A stretch of DNA of 64,000 nucleotides from NCBI RefSeq assembly GCF_000150275.1, contig NW_002060945.1, positions 7,392,939 to 7,456,938 of the forward strand, read 5' to 3'. The notes under the pieces are model-generated. The model worked only from the letters and a program-made list of their open reading frames with translations. It searched no databases and had not been told where the DNA came from. This DNA is from Trichoplax adhaerens. Taxonomy: Eukaryota > Animalia > Placozoa. This document shows positions 39,001 through 52,645 of this stretch, piece by piece (position 1 is the first letter of the stretch; the number at the start of each line of letters is the position of its first letter). The position numbers and the translations under genes are program-made.

Positions 39001-40717
39001 TGATACAGTGTTACTTAATGTACTTATCTATTTTTCCTACTTCAAAAATTACCCATTAGTGCTGTACTTGAAAGTCATCATGCTGCTTTGGCTTTCAAAT
39101 TAACTACCAGTAATGATAAAGTTAATATTTTCAAAGGGCTAGAAAGGTGAAGTTATAATTCTATATCTTCTAATTACAGCGAGCATTATTTCGACATTTT
39201 CTTGATAGTACCATTTTTTATTATAACTAATTGTTGCTTTGCTATGGGTATTGTTTATTTTCTTTATTTTAGTGATGAATATCGTTCTATTCGTTCATCG
39301 ATAATTGATATGGTTTTGGCTACTGAAATGACAAAGCATTTTTCTTACTTATCTAAATTTACTGACTGTTTAAATGCTAGCAAGAATACTGTTGTAAGTA
39401 ACCAATTGAAAATATTTAGATGTAAAACAATTAAAGCTGTTTACTTATAGAACAGTACTTTCTTGCACATCATAAATTATGAAGCTTAGACATTTATTTT
39501 TCACTGTTAGAAGGATTTTACAGTATATAGATGATTTCTTTCACTTTGTTAATCGATATTTGGGTGAATTAAAAAATTATCTAGATTGCTGATGATGGTA
39601 CAGAGTTGAAAGTTATCGAAAGCTCATCGGAAAATAGAATGCTAGCAAAACGTATACTGATTAAGTGTGCTGATATTTCGAATCCTGCAAGAAACTGGAT
39701 ATTAAGTAAAGAATGGGCGTTAAGGATATTGGACGAATACATGTGCCAGGTATTGTTATATTTAATAAGTACTTTCCAGTATCCTAACATAAACCATGTA
39801 GTCAATTAGTAAAGTACCGTTATTAAATAAAAATAGCTTAGACAGAGTCTTAATTATGCATGTACTTATCATAAATATAGTACGACGAAGAAGATAAGGA
39901 AGGTTTACCGTTGACAATGCATATGTTTAACAGAGAAAAATGTAATGTGCCTCAATCACAGGTAAAAACGGTGATGTACAACTGTTCTGTCGTTTACATA
40001 CTTGAGACCTTTGGACTCTGAAAGACATGATATTGATACGAAAAGTGCTATTTGTACAAAATTTGATAATCAGCTTTTAATATATTTGCAGCGATCTTTT
40101 TATGACTACTTCGTTAAGGACCTATTTAAATCTTGGCATTGTAAGTCTATTTTTTTTGTCTTTAATTACAAAACTACTTAACAAATATTAACCCGATGTA
40201 TAGTTATGTTCTGTAATTGACAACAGCACGTACTATAATTTTTCCTTTGTATAACGAGGTTTAGATTGTATAGGTTAATAATAGACTGCATTCAAATTTT
40301 CCCTACTCATATGAATACAATACTTAGTTAGATATGACTAAGCAGTACCTTATAATACGTGATTGTGATATGATAAAATCGTATCTACAATTTTCAATAT
40401 TGCGTGCTTGTATTATTTACGGTGCTTTCTCTTCGTTTTTATTTGTTGAAGATTTTCAATATATATTGTATTAGTATAGTTAAAAATTTCAATGCACAGA
40501 TTTACAAAACTTGACTAAATCAATTTTTTTATACTTTTAAATAGCTTTTGCCCATATTCCACACGTAATGAAAAATATCGAAGAGAATTATGATCACTGG
40601 CGTAATGTAGAACAAAAAGGCATTAAGGTATGCAAGATTAAATGTTACATGTGATAATTATCATCTGTTACAATCTACAATAACGGCAAATTAATGTTTC
40701 ATTTATAGCCACGATAG
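18057..40717 (+). CDS. PDE8: cAMP-specific phosphodiesterase 8 (MGC acylation motif, REC, PAS, PDEase catalytic domain), 26 coding exons
   Basis: Phase-consistent GT-AG exons: 18057-18215, 19243-19317, 30195-30385, 31337-31396, 32670-32727, 32906-32994, 33242-33320, 33899-33997, 34634-34764, 35317-35365, 35887-35935, 36817-36869, 37143-37223, 37488-37568, 37713-37740, 37862-37988, 38308-38401, 38578-38682, 38794-38924, 39060-39146, 39273-39393, 39585-39749, 39881-39961, 40092-40140, 40545-40627, 40709-40717. Motifs: MGCSPS, FGPMK, REC (HIVFVDLRS), PAS ([17 protein letters not shown]; [13 protein letters not shown]), and catalytic [50 protein letters not shown]. Confidence 0.96.
21017..21135. 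repeat. Two adjacent perfect inverted repeats (13-bp and 14-bp arms) in PDE8 intron 2
   Basis: GTCGACCAACTTT-GA-AAAGTTGGTCGAC at 21017-21044 and AGGCTAATAGACTA-N11-TAGTCTATTAGCCT at 21097-21135. Confidence 0.85.
23400..23704. repeat. 30-bp minisatellite, ~10 copies, in PDE8 intron 2
   Basis: Unit GTCTACATGTCCA(A/C)GCTTAAACCTAGAAAA, head-to-tail with no spacers; one copy has a 6-bp deletion. Confidence 0.97.
27583..27868. repeat. Two-copy tandem duplication (144-bp period), each copy containing a 12-bp-arm palindrome
   Basis: CCAATGCCAAAGGCAAACTAC...GGAGTCACCAAAAT occurs twice; the palindromes are at 27628-27653 and 27772-27797. Confidence 0.92.
30885..31250. repeat. Two-copy tandem duplication (~178-bp period) in PDE8 intron 3
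   Basis: TTGAATTCAAAATCAACATCAG...GCATTCGACCAAGT occurs at 30885 and 31063. Confidence 0.92.
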
Positions 40718-41920
40718 TAAATATAATATTCGATATTGAAAACGATATCTAATTATTAACAACTAAGTTCTGTAAATAATTGTCAACAATAACGTAGTAT
40801 GAATCATTATCAAACAGAAAATAATGAAAATAATTATCTAGCATCCCTAATTATGTTCTGCTTCTTTTATATTCTATGTTATGCGACATCGAACAACAGT
40901 ACTTTCGCGAGTTGAACGAATTAAGAAATTCTAAAGATGTGCCATGATTTCAGATTTTAAATTTTTATTTCGAAAAATTCAAGCAATATATACTATATAC
41001 GTCCACATAGCCAGACAGATATTATCTAGATGTTATAGAAGATGGAGCTGGATTATTGGCTATCCGTTTGTGTATATACATATGAACAAAAAATCCACTT
41101 TTACAAATTCTATCTTCTTCATCTATAAAATTCAACAGCAACAATAATATTATAAAATATCATTTCAATCTGAGTTTAGATTTATAACCTTAAAAATGAA
41201 AGGGAGATTCACAACGTTGTATATTGGAGATCATTAATATTCGATCTTAAAATAGTAGAGAAATCCTTTGCTGTGACATATGTTATGAACTAAGAAAAGT
41301 GTGAAAGTAGTTGAAGTTAAGGAATAAAATAAGATGCTCCGATGTATTAATATCTCAACAAATCAATGCGAAGTATTGGCTACGGTATGCAGCATACAAA
41401 AAGCTAGCCTCAGTCATTAATTACTTTTTGTATAATGAAAAGAAATTGTTGTTATTAATTATGGAAGTGGGTCATAAAAGGATCATTACAACAGTTATCA
41501 ATCTTATAGCTTGCATATTATTTCACTCTGGCAAAATGTTACTGTATATATATAATTACGATAAGATTAAAATCAATCCACGCAATCAACAGGCATCATG
41601 GAAAAGACATTATTTTAAACGTGATAGAATTTCTTCTGGTATTATTGGCTGCTTATTTGAGACCGATTTTGATTCAATACACTACATCATTCAATTCTCA
41701 TAAATGACTTAATTATAGAAAAACAGCTCTTGACTTGTCGTAAATTATACGGCTATTTATTCAATTTTATTTAATAAGGTACTTAGCCACTGACTGTATA
41801 AATAGATGAGTAGATGAAAAATGAAACTATTGCCTTTTATTTACGTATTACATGATTATATATACAATTAATTTGTATATTTTAACTTAAAATAGATTAT
41901 CATTTAAGTGCCTAAATAAA

Positions 41921-41923
<3 letters not shown>

Positions 41924-41956
<33 letters not shown>

Positions 41957-43435
41957 GTATATGCATCTGCATCTGTGTATGTATATGTATATATATATAT
42001 TTTTATATGTTTATAGATCGATGTAGTGCAGCGGTTGATATGTGCCCCTGTAATGCCTTTACGATCGTTACATCAGTTGCATATAAAATATATATATATA
42101 TCTATGTATATGTGTGAATTACAGCTAATACATTTGCTACGTGTGCAACAATGTGTTGCCACTATTCGATGGCATAGGTTATGGTAGAATTGGATGCCAA
42201 GCGTATTTAGTGAAATTTGATAAATTATTTCGTATTAAAATGAAAATATTAAGTTAATTTACATTTCTTGAATTTTTTTCTTCTAACCCAACTTGTCGAT
42301 TGCGTTTTATTATATTATTGCTATTACTGACAATGCCTTAGAAAGATTATTCTATTTAGTTAATCAATTGATATTTAACTCGTGAATAGCATCGCTAGTA
42401 TATGCTATATGTCGATTCATGATGTATTCTTGCGGATTGTACACACACCACTTGTGCGGACATGATTCATTAATAATGTGATGTTACGAGGATTAAAACA
42501 TGCAGTCGTTGCGTTCAGCAAACACGATTGGAGTATTGTAAGATATTGTAAAAATTTCTAATTACAATATTATCTCGACTATGGATGTGAAGCGCTTCCA
42601 TCACGTTTTAAGAGCAATGAATAATCTTGTTTCTTATGTAGATTATATTACTTATGGTATAGAGAAATAGTATTAATGCCAATTGTTATTGCTATTCGTA
42701 CCATTTTGTTATGGATAACAATGCAATAGATAAATGTCGTTTTGCTACGTATATATATTATAATATATATATATATATATATATACATATAGTTTTCTTT
42801 TTCTTGGTTGCTAAAATTTAGAAATATCTGTACATCTAATTCTCTTTCTGTATCTATGTATAATTATAGTTAGCTTACATCTTTATAAAGCTAATTTATA
42901 TATGTACGTAAATGTCATTATATCAGCATAATTACAGCGATGCTATTTACTACAAATTCAGTTGGTTTTTGAAGATATTGACAGATAGCCAAGCCAATGG
43001 CATAAAGATCATGATCGAATTTACCTTTTTCCATTATTGCTATTTAGAATACTTCGTATCTTAAAATGGTGTCATTGCAATATTCCAAATTGCTAACAGT
43101 GCATTAATCGTGATTTGTTATCATTATTATTATAATTATTATTGCTACTATTAATATTAATGTCGTAATTACTATTACAATTGTTATTATATTATTAAGA
43201 TTCTTGATAACTAATCTTTCGTATAAAACTGATTACTAGCGTAATACTACTTGGACGTCATGTTGCTAATTTATGCAACAGAATGTTACTTATCGAATTG
43301 ATATTATAGAAATACCCATTAAGAACACATTCATTATTTGAAACAACACTCTGATTCGAATCTATCTATCTATCTATCTATCTATATATATATATATATA
43401 TGTAAAAGTACCGTATATATATATATATATATATG
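41924..43435. repeat. Cluster of (TA)n and (TCTA)n microsatellites downstream of PDE8
   Basis: (TA)n tracts near 41924-42000, 42090-42115 and 42750-42790; (TCTA)n(TA)n at 43360-43435. Confidence 0.85.
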
Positions 43436-45221
43436 TCTGCATATACACACTCACATGTTTCCACCTACATAAACGATCAAATATATTGTCGCTATCAGCA
43501 TGAATTATGTTTAAACTAATATTAATGTATCGTTTATAACTCACCTAATACTTTATAAAGTATAATAATGCGTTAGTGTTTTTATTTTTAACAAAATTGT
43601 AGTGAGTAAGAATAATTCATTAGCCACAGTCTTATTTCTTATTAAATTTATTTAGTTCAATAACATTGTAAATGCACCATAATGTAATTTGGATAACTAA
43701 CATTCATCGTGCGTTATGGTTTGCTTATTACTTTACTGATCATCCAAGCCATCTTTCATAATAATAATAATAATAATGATTTTATTATTGTTATTCATTA
43801 CGGTTAAGATGTACTGTTGCTTTTTTGAGGATACAGTAATACTTTTATTGTTTTGCTTTGGTTGTCTTTTTTGGTTGTTGCAGTTACTCTTGGTTTCCTT
43901 TAAATAGTCAAAATATGTGAAAATTATCATTAATACACTATATATAATGAATTTATGATCTTACTACATTGTATCGTAGACAATTTCTAATGATGTTGCA
44001 CTATATTGTAAGAGTATTCAAAGCGCTGATTTAATTGCGTTAACAATGCTCACTTTTGGTAACCTTGTTACGGCACTCAGCGATCACTGAATTAAAATAT
44101 CGATGAAAAATATCTTAATTTCTCAGCTGTTCTTTATCAAAAAAATATCGTCAGATTTTATCATGGCGCAGGTACCGATTTTAAATATGCTGCCTACAGG
44201 CAAAGGCAATCGATATCTCGTATACCCACCTTATAGTGATTTTCGTTACTATGCTAACGTATAGAGTACCGTAACCATATTAAATTTGATTTGTAAGTCC
44301 AGTAATACTAGTTAGCTGAAAATGTTGGCCTTATAGCTTTACATAATATCAGTATTTGTCGATCTGCGAGTCAACCCAACTTAACGACGCCTTAGAAATT
44401 ATGAATTAGTTAGCACTTTTAATAGTTAGCAGGCAAATGATGATTCCTATTACGATTTATACAATGCTCTACAACAGCTTAGTTAATTTTACGTAGTTGT
44501 GCGAATCATTAGTAGTGAACATGTAGTTCATTACCGTAATTGAAGCTTTTCCTAAACATCAGCTTCAATAAGCGAGCTAATATACTCGTAGTTACATTTA
44601 TGAAGGTTTAAATTACAATAATAATATAATTTAAGAAGGAAAATTGATTTCGAAAAAGAAATTACCAGCTATAGCAGTATGCATCGAGGGTATTCACTAC
44701 ATTTTAACTAAGATAAGCCTGACAGCCTTTTCCAGAGACTACTGAAAAGAAAGTCGCTGCCGTTTCTCATAAATAAAATGATGATTTGCGTACTTACGCT
44801 TAGGTAAGTACCTTACATAATGTAAATTTAAAAGTAAGGTTTTGATTATACAACGTATACTGCACATGGTTATATACAAAAGTAAAAGCGAAATATTTAC
44901 ATTCCAAGAATACTTAACAATATAAATGCTCAGGCTTACTTAAAGGACAGTCATAAATTAAAATAAGTATCTGATAGATAATGCTGCCCCTTAAAACAAC
45001 TGTTTATTATTGGCCGTTAGGTATTGGTAGTAAATTATCTGAAGACTAGTCCTAGAGACTTGTTTAATAAGAACAAAGAAAAATAATATTCTCTATTTCA
45101 TGAAATAAAGTTGTCTCTTCATAATGCAGCAGAAAGTAATAATATGTAGAACTACTTTTAACTCAAAATCTTCTACGTTTCATGTTATAATTGGATTGTT
45201 ATTTGCCATTTTATAACATTC

Positions 45222-48200
45222 TTAATCTAAATCATTAAGTAACGTTGCCGACCATCGTTCAAGAACTTGAAGAGCGTCAATATTATTTTCTAGTAAATTA
45301 AATTATCTGCTGTTAGATTTGTATCGGTAAACGATACAATTGATTAGATGATATAAATTTTACCTAACATTACTACAGTTACTGCAGCTATTAATATTCT
45401 TTTTAATTATGAATATGAATTGATCATAATTTTAACCTTTAGTTTCAAGATTGGAATAGATTCGTTCCTCTGATGGCCAAGCAGTCGATTGATTTCCATC
45501 AATAATATTTTCATCAGGTAAGTCTTCTATATTTTCAATTTCATCATGATTCTTTTCTTTTTGTCGTGCTTGAATTATATTATCATCTTTTAATGGCTTC
45601 GGAGCACTATTTTCAGGTACTAACTTTGTTTCTGCATTGATTTTTTCATTTTTATTTCGCCCATTTTGAGTTGGATGCAGAGGCTTTCGTTGTGATAGTA
45701 TGATTCCTTCTCGACGTAGTGAAGCCTGACGCAATTTAATATAGTTAGTTAGTATAGGTAACAAATTGCAATAAGTATATGCGAATACCTATCAAATCAG
45801 ATAAAAATTCTTTTCAGTAATACATTGATTAGATAATTTATTAGGTAGCTCTCATGCCTCAATACAACATTTTTAAGGCTAGATGGTAACAAATGCGATA
45901 TGATTTTGCTAAAGCTTAATTACAGTTTTATATTATATACCATAAGTAAATTTCTTTCTTTCTCTAAACTTCGGATTTCATAAACGTATTTATTGACCTG
46001 CTGCAATAGCTCTTGTCTTTCGGTTTCGATCAACTGAGTCATTCTCTGAATTTCCTGAGTGGAATGCCGTTTTATCTGTTTAGCTGTTATAACTATTAAT
46101 AAATCAAATGATGTACTTAAGTCAGGCAATCTGGTTGATGGATTTATCAGTATATAACAGCTAAATAGCAAGAGTGTTATTGTATATGTATTTACTGTGC
46201 CTTGTTGTAATATCAGCGTGATTTAATATCATATAGTGTCATATTTGATAATATATTTGAGTTATAGAGCATGCTATACTAATATAATTCCGGCCTATAG
46301 ATTCACGTAAAAGCAAGTGCCAAAAATTCAATAGATACAATATAATTGGTTTAATACACAACTTTAATTTATAGTCCATGGAATGCTCCATTTCCATATA
46401 TAGCTTAGCGAAGCAATAAATATAATTATTTATAAAATCTATCGATTATATGCAACATCTTCAGAGTGACATTATTACTACAATAGTTTGAGCAATAGAT
46501 GATTGATATATTGGAAAAGATTCCTTATTTTTACTGAATAATTGCGCTCTATGTTATAATATGCAATCTCTAAAAAATGATTTCATTCCATTTAGAAGAT
46601 ACATTTTTAGGATCATTGTCATTTTATATTTTTAACCTGGTACTGTATTAGATTTCCTTACCAGTTTTAACTCTTTCTTTGCGGGCTTCATGTAACTGAT
46701 TTTGTAACTGTGTAAGTTCATCTTTATACCTGCTACGTTCCTTATCGAAAGAAATTTCTACCTCTATATGAGACAATAAATTAATTATCTTACTATAATT
46801 CTATTAAAGGGAAGGCTGGGACACTTTAAGTTTCAGTTTATTTGCAGTTAGATTTATTGCTTATATTTTGAAATTTACTTGAGAAACAGAATTTATAGGC
46901 TGCTTTACTACTATAATAAACCTTATAACTTATCATATCTGCAGTATTTACGTTAGTCAAAATCACCTTTATGGATAACTTGCCGATGTTGTGATAACTT
47001 TTCTTGGCATTTTCGAAATTCTTCACTGATTTTATCAAAGTCTTTAACTTTCAATTCAAGTTGCCTCGATAGCTTTTTGCAGTTCTGTATATTCGTATAT
47101 ATATATGAATATTCATAAATTAGAATATTTGCGGATAAAAACAAAAAATGTGTTTAAAAGTTTAAATAACTTTTAATTGCTACCCATAAACTATACGTTA
47201 ATATTTACATATTAAACTTTCTTAGCTATATGCTGACATTTATTAACATTTTTGAATTTACTTGATCTAAACTCTAAAAAATATTCTTATAAGTCAAATA
47301 TTACCCAGTTTCAACTGCAACTTAAAGGGTTTACTTATTAGTTCTTAGCTAGTGTAATGATACTTGTTAACATTTTTAAGTATGATTTAGATACTGTAAA
47401 CTATTCCGTAATGGGCGCATTTACAGCATTTTAGACAATCATAAAATATTTTCATTTTTATACTTGACCTCTTCTTTATCCGATAATAAATCCTTTAATC
47501 TACAGTTAGCAGCGCTTTGCTCCTCAATCTGATTCTGATCTGCAGCATTAAAAGAAAATATTCAGGTGCAGAAATGATAAAAATAATAATAGTAAGTACT
47601 TGTATGCATTGATAATTGGTGAAACCTTGAAAAAAATAATCAAATTGCTATCAAAAGAACGAAGTTTGTATTATTTTAAAATACTAATGTAGTACTACAG
47701 TATGCCGTACTAACTTGATTTATAAAGTTAGCCTAGGTTCAGAGTAATAGATTGATTACAGTAATCAGAATAAAACATTTCATTGTAGTATTTTTGCGCA
47801 TTAACCAAGAATTACTATACTATTAAAGATAAAGAGCTTATATATTATTGATAATCATGTACTTTGGTGTTTATTTCAATTACTTAATTTAAAGATGTGA
47901 TATCAATTTCGATGCTTAATGTCTTAGTTCATTCTTTTAATAGATACTAATATTGAAATTCAATCATTTACTCTTTACGATTTCGCTAATTAATTACGAA
48001 TTACGCCACGTTTTAGTGTTTTTTAGCTTAAACGCCATTTTATGTTAATCACTTAATATTTACTTTAAAGAGATTTTGTGAGCATAACTTAAAACTAATA
48101 GGGAAATTAGGGCTCTTAATATTATATTTGACAGATAATGCAATTTTACTTCATAGTAACTTCTTTATTATATGTGATATTATTTGTTCTTATAATAAGA

Positions 48201-51145
48201 AGTTAACACTATCCTAAAGTGCCGTGTTTATTAATATTTTGTTACTGTGTTAAAAATACTATGAAAGTTATTATTTAGACTTACATTGAGTACGGATATC
48301 AAAAATTTTGCTCTCAAACAGCTCGCAATCAGCAGAGATTTTTTTAGCTAGTCGATCTCGATCTGCAGTTACCAGTTGCAGGTCAGTTTCTAGCTGTTTC
48401 ATTCTACTTAATGGGTAAATAAAATGCAGCTTAATTAGTATGCAAATAAGATAACATACTTGTACATATGCATGCGGCAATTATATTGAATTTTAGCAGG
48501 TTTTTGTAATTTAAATATGTACCAAATCTAACTTTCAATAGAGTATTATGAAAATGGTAAACGGACCTTTTTCTAATAGTATCAGTTTCATTAATTTTAT
48601 CCTGGTTCATTTCAACTACTGTCTGGTCAGTGTCTTGGCTTGGTAATATAGCGTTATCTTTTTCATCAGGATTGTTCATTTCATACATGCGAGACAAAGT
48701 CGCCTGCCGAACAAGTAATCCTTAGAGAAAAGATAACATATTTTATGGATTGAATGAAATCATAAAGGTGCAAGTGCCATTAGTGGTAGAAAATTTCAGA
48801 AAATTTGAGAATCCATAATATAAAATGCGATAAGGAACCAGTATCACTACTCGAGCCCAAATTTTGAAAATTCAACAATGAAGGTACCTTGTAAGGTTTT
48901 TAACCGACTACAAGCAAAGTTTAGCCTTTCATTAAAGCCAGAGAGTTCATTATGACTTTTGTTTTGCAAATGAATAAAATTTTCGTGCGTAGATGTCATA
49001 CTATGCAAGTAAAAAGAGAATTAATGGAATTATTCAGGTTTAGATGACGATATAGAAAATAACTTACGATTCTGCAACAGTTTTCAAAGATGTTATACAT
49101 AGATCATCTTCGGATAATTTTGATCTAAGGTTTTCAATTTCGATTTTATAGCGTTTTATTTCATCATCCCTGTTCTAATATATAGTTATTAAGTTATTAT
49201 TAGCTTTCATCAACAACTGATTTTGTAATATTCCTATGAAATATAAATTGTGATATTTTCAGTAATATTACAGACCATACGATAATTGCGCGATTTATAA
49301 ATTTATTATCTTTTATATAAGAATGTATGATATTTAAAATTGCTTACCTGACGGTGATTAATTTCAATCTGAATTTGAGCTTTTGCATTAGCAAGTGCAC
49401 GAGATGTAATTAGGTTGTCGTTCCGAGTCTCTTCTAAAGACCTATGTAATGAACTAATCTGGAATATATTTTTACAATTGTCAAATATTTTCATATTATC
49501 AGAGGAGATAAAGCTGAAATAATTACTTTCTGTTGATGCTGCTGCTGAAGTCTTTCCATTGCTAGGTCATTTGATTTTAATTGTAACAATAGAGAATAGA
49601 CTTTCTGCCTCCATCTAAATATGCGTCGTTAATATTATTTAAGAAATTCTAAAGTTACTTCATGACTTGCTATTGGAGTGTAATACTTTGAATTTAAGAT
49701 ATTAATGTGCAAACCTTGATAATAATTCTAGTGATTCCTCTTTACTTGTTATCAGTGATTCTTGGCTCTATTTGAGATAAATATTATTTGAGTAACAAAA
49801 TGTTTGATTCTAATACTTAATTTCTCTATTGACGGACTGTTGTGTACGCATCTATCATACCCAATACTAATGCTAGGTTAGCACCAATTTCGAATCAAAT
49901 TCTATTTTGAGAAGTTAATGAACTAAATGTATACCTTATTTATAATTTGATTCTGTAGCATTTCAACCATATCATTTAGCGCCGATATCTGCAAATTTGA
50001 TAGTTCTATCGTATCTTGTAATCTTTCATTTTCCATAGTAAGTCGCTGCAAAATTAGCAATGTATTCATTTATCTTCTGAATTTGTCAATAAATAGAATT
50101 AACATTCTGCATTTTATTTTTACTATTTAACATATTTCACTTCTATTTGTTGTTATTTTGACCAAGTTATGAACATAGAATGACCAACTTTATTTTTATC
50201 CTGTTCTTCAGTTGCTTTTTCTTGCCAAGTTCTTTCCAGATTTCTGCTTATATCATTACCGATGTACGCTCGCAGTCGGGTAATTTCATTTTGCAATGTT
50301 TGTTGATTTTGGTATTCATTCCTAAATTTTCAAATGTTATTCAGTGTACTATGGCTACTGGTATACATCAATTACGTTAATCTCCTAGATGAGAATTTTA
50401 ACTAATTTTAAGGTGAACCTTAATTTTTGCTCCAACTGGTGTCTTTCTGTTTCGACAATTATCTTATCTCTATTAGCATTTTGCTCCAAGATTCTCTTTT
50501 CCTTTTCAGTTTCCGAGACTCTTTCTAGTGCTCGCATCCTTTCTTCATCTAATACAATTAGCCGCTCATTTAATTTTGCAAAATGGATAGTATTTTGATT
50601 TAATTTTGCCTGTTAAAAGATCGGAAAATAATAATTATAATTAGTGTACAACTGTATATAATAAAGTGGTTTCTGATAAAGATATCTCCTAATCGATGTG
50701 TCTATTTTGTACTAAAAGTTTTAAGGTAATAGCTGTTACTGCGAATGGGTTTAGCTTTAATTGGAAATAATTTCTACTTCTCGTTACGTGATAATAAACT
50801 ACTGTATTTTAAGGATAATTTATCTTTATCAACAATACAGATAAAAGGCTGTATCACTGAATCCTCTATGCATATTATAGAGGAGGAGAAAATATTGACG
50901 ATGAGAGGACTGTAACATGTAGCGGAGATTATTGCTCGATTAACCTCTAAATCAGATATTTTCAGTTGATAGTCATTCTTGTCTTTTTCTCTTGATTGGC
51001 AATCATTGATTTCTTCCTGTATCGATTCCAATTTAGAATTAGAGCGATCGTTGTCAACATTGAATTTTGATGGCGGCCAAAGGAGACTCTCCGTCATATA
51101 GGAGTCTTTTTCAAAAAATTCTGGCGGTTTGGGACTAGTCGTCAT
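45222..51145 (-). CDS. CCHCR1: Coiled-coil alpha-helical rod protein 1 homologue (multi-exon)
   Basis: Exon 1 is 51145-50945 (LWPPSKF, cf. LIPPSHF). Many short coiled-coil exons follow, yielding LLSR|WRQKVYSLLLQLKS (cf. LLNRWREKVFALMVQLKA), FNERLNFACSRLKTLQGLL, LQLVTADRDRL, QLHEARKERVKTVITAKQIKR and LEKERNLLMASLRREGII. The last exon, 45289-45222, encodes (E)NNIDALQVLERWSATLLNDLD*. Confidence 0.88.
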
Positions 51146-51537
51146 GGTTTTACAGCTTATTTTACCTTCTTGAAAGTATTTAATTTATAGATTACGCCAT
51201 AACTTGTCAATTTTGTCTTTTAAGAATTGTTGAAATAAGTTCCATTAGTTCATAACCCGCCATATCGTTAACCGCTTGCGATAGTGAACTAACCAAGGTA
51301 AGTAACAACTTTCGACTGGAAAGGAATACGTGTACGAGACCCTGTCCTGGATGAGCTATGATCAGAAAGGATGGCACCGCCTATACGGTTGCTATAGAAA
51401 CAACGGCGATTGACAAGGAAATGAATGAAGGAATGCAAGCAATTGCGCAGTACTATGTGCCATACGGTAGTGCCTAGCCCAGTGTAAATGGACAGACAGA
51501 CATCCTCAGTCGATGCATAAAGCAAAAAAGGGAAGGC

Positions 51538-51640
51538 GACTCGTATTTTGCTAGCAATTGATACTTTTTATATTCAGCCATTTTCTTAGACTCGTATTTT
51601 GCCAGCAATTGATACTCTTTATTCAGCCATTTTCTTATAC
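51538..51640. repeat. Two-copy ~51-bp tandem duplication upstream of CCHCR1
   Basis: GACTCGTATTTTGC(T/C)AGCAATTGATACT...ATTCAGCCATTTTCTTA occurs twice. Confidence 0.85.
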
Positions 51641-51922
51641 TGTATGGCATACATCAGGCTATAGGCAGAGAGTGAGGAGAACGTGAAAGTGTGTATCGAA
51701 ATCGCATATTCAGACTCCTGCATACAGTATAAATTCGCCTAACAGAACGATCCTGCTATTGCAGTCGTATACAGTATCTTCATTCCAGTCTCTTTATTAT
51801 AAAGAGGACGCGATTTGCTCCTCTCTGAGTAGTCCTATATCATTTTACATAACATTCTTGCAATAGAATATAGTCTACAGTATATAACCTATATATCTCT
51901 CTTTATATGCTATATATATATA

Positions 51923-52645
51923 GTGCAGCAAAGAATTTCATGCCAAAATGATTGCATATCATACAGTACGGTTAACTGCAATATATTTCAGCTAACCTGA
52001 CGTCATTATAGAGATGTCTACTACTGTGCAGCAAAGAATTTCATGCCAAAATGATTGCATATCATACAGTACGGTTAACTGCAATATATTTCAGCTAACC
52101 TGACGTCATTATAGAGATGTCTACTACTGTGCAGCAAAGAATTTCATGCCAAAATGATTGCATATCATACAGTACGGTTAACTGCAATATATTTCAGCTA
52201 ACCTGACGTCATTATAGAGATGTCTACTACTGTGCAGCAAAGAATTTCATGCCAAAATGATTGCATATCATACAGTACGGTTAACTGCAATATATTTCAG
52301 CTAACCTGACGTCATTATAGAGATGTCTACTACTGTGCAGCAAAGAATTTCATGCCAAAATGATTGCATATCATACAGTACGGTTAACTGCAATATATTT
52401 CAGCTAACCTGACGTCATTATAGAGATGTCTACTGCTGTACAGCAAAGAATTTCATGCCAAAATGATTGCATATCATATAGTACGGTTAACTGCAATATA
52501 TTTCAGCTAACCTGACGTCATTATAGAGATGTCTACTACTGTGCAGCAAAGAATTTCATGCCAAAATGATTGCATATCATACAGTACGGTTAACTGCAAT
52601 ATATTTCAGCTAACCTGACGTCATTATAGAGATCTCTACTACTGT
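51923..52645. repeat. Tandem array, 7 x 103 bp, each unit containing a perfect CRE palindrome TGACGTCA
   Basis: Units start at 51923, 52026, 52129, 52232, 52335, 52438 and 52541 and are nearly identical. The array lies between the divergent CCHCR1 and BCAS2 starts. Confidence 0.97.
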
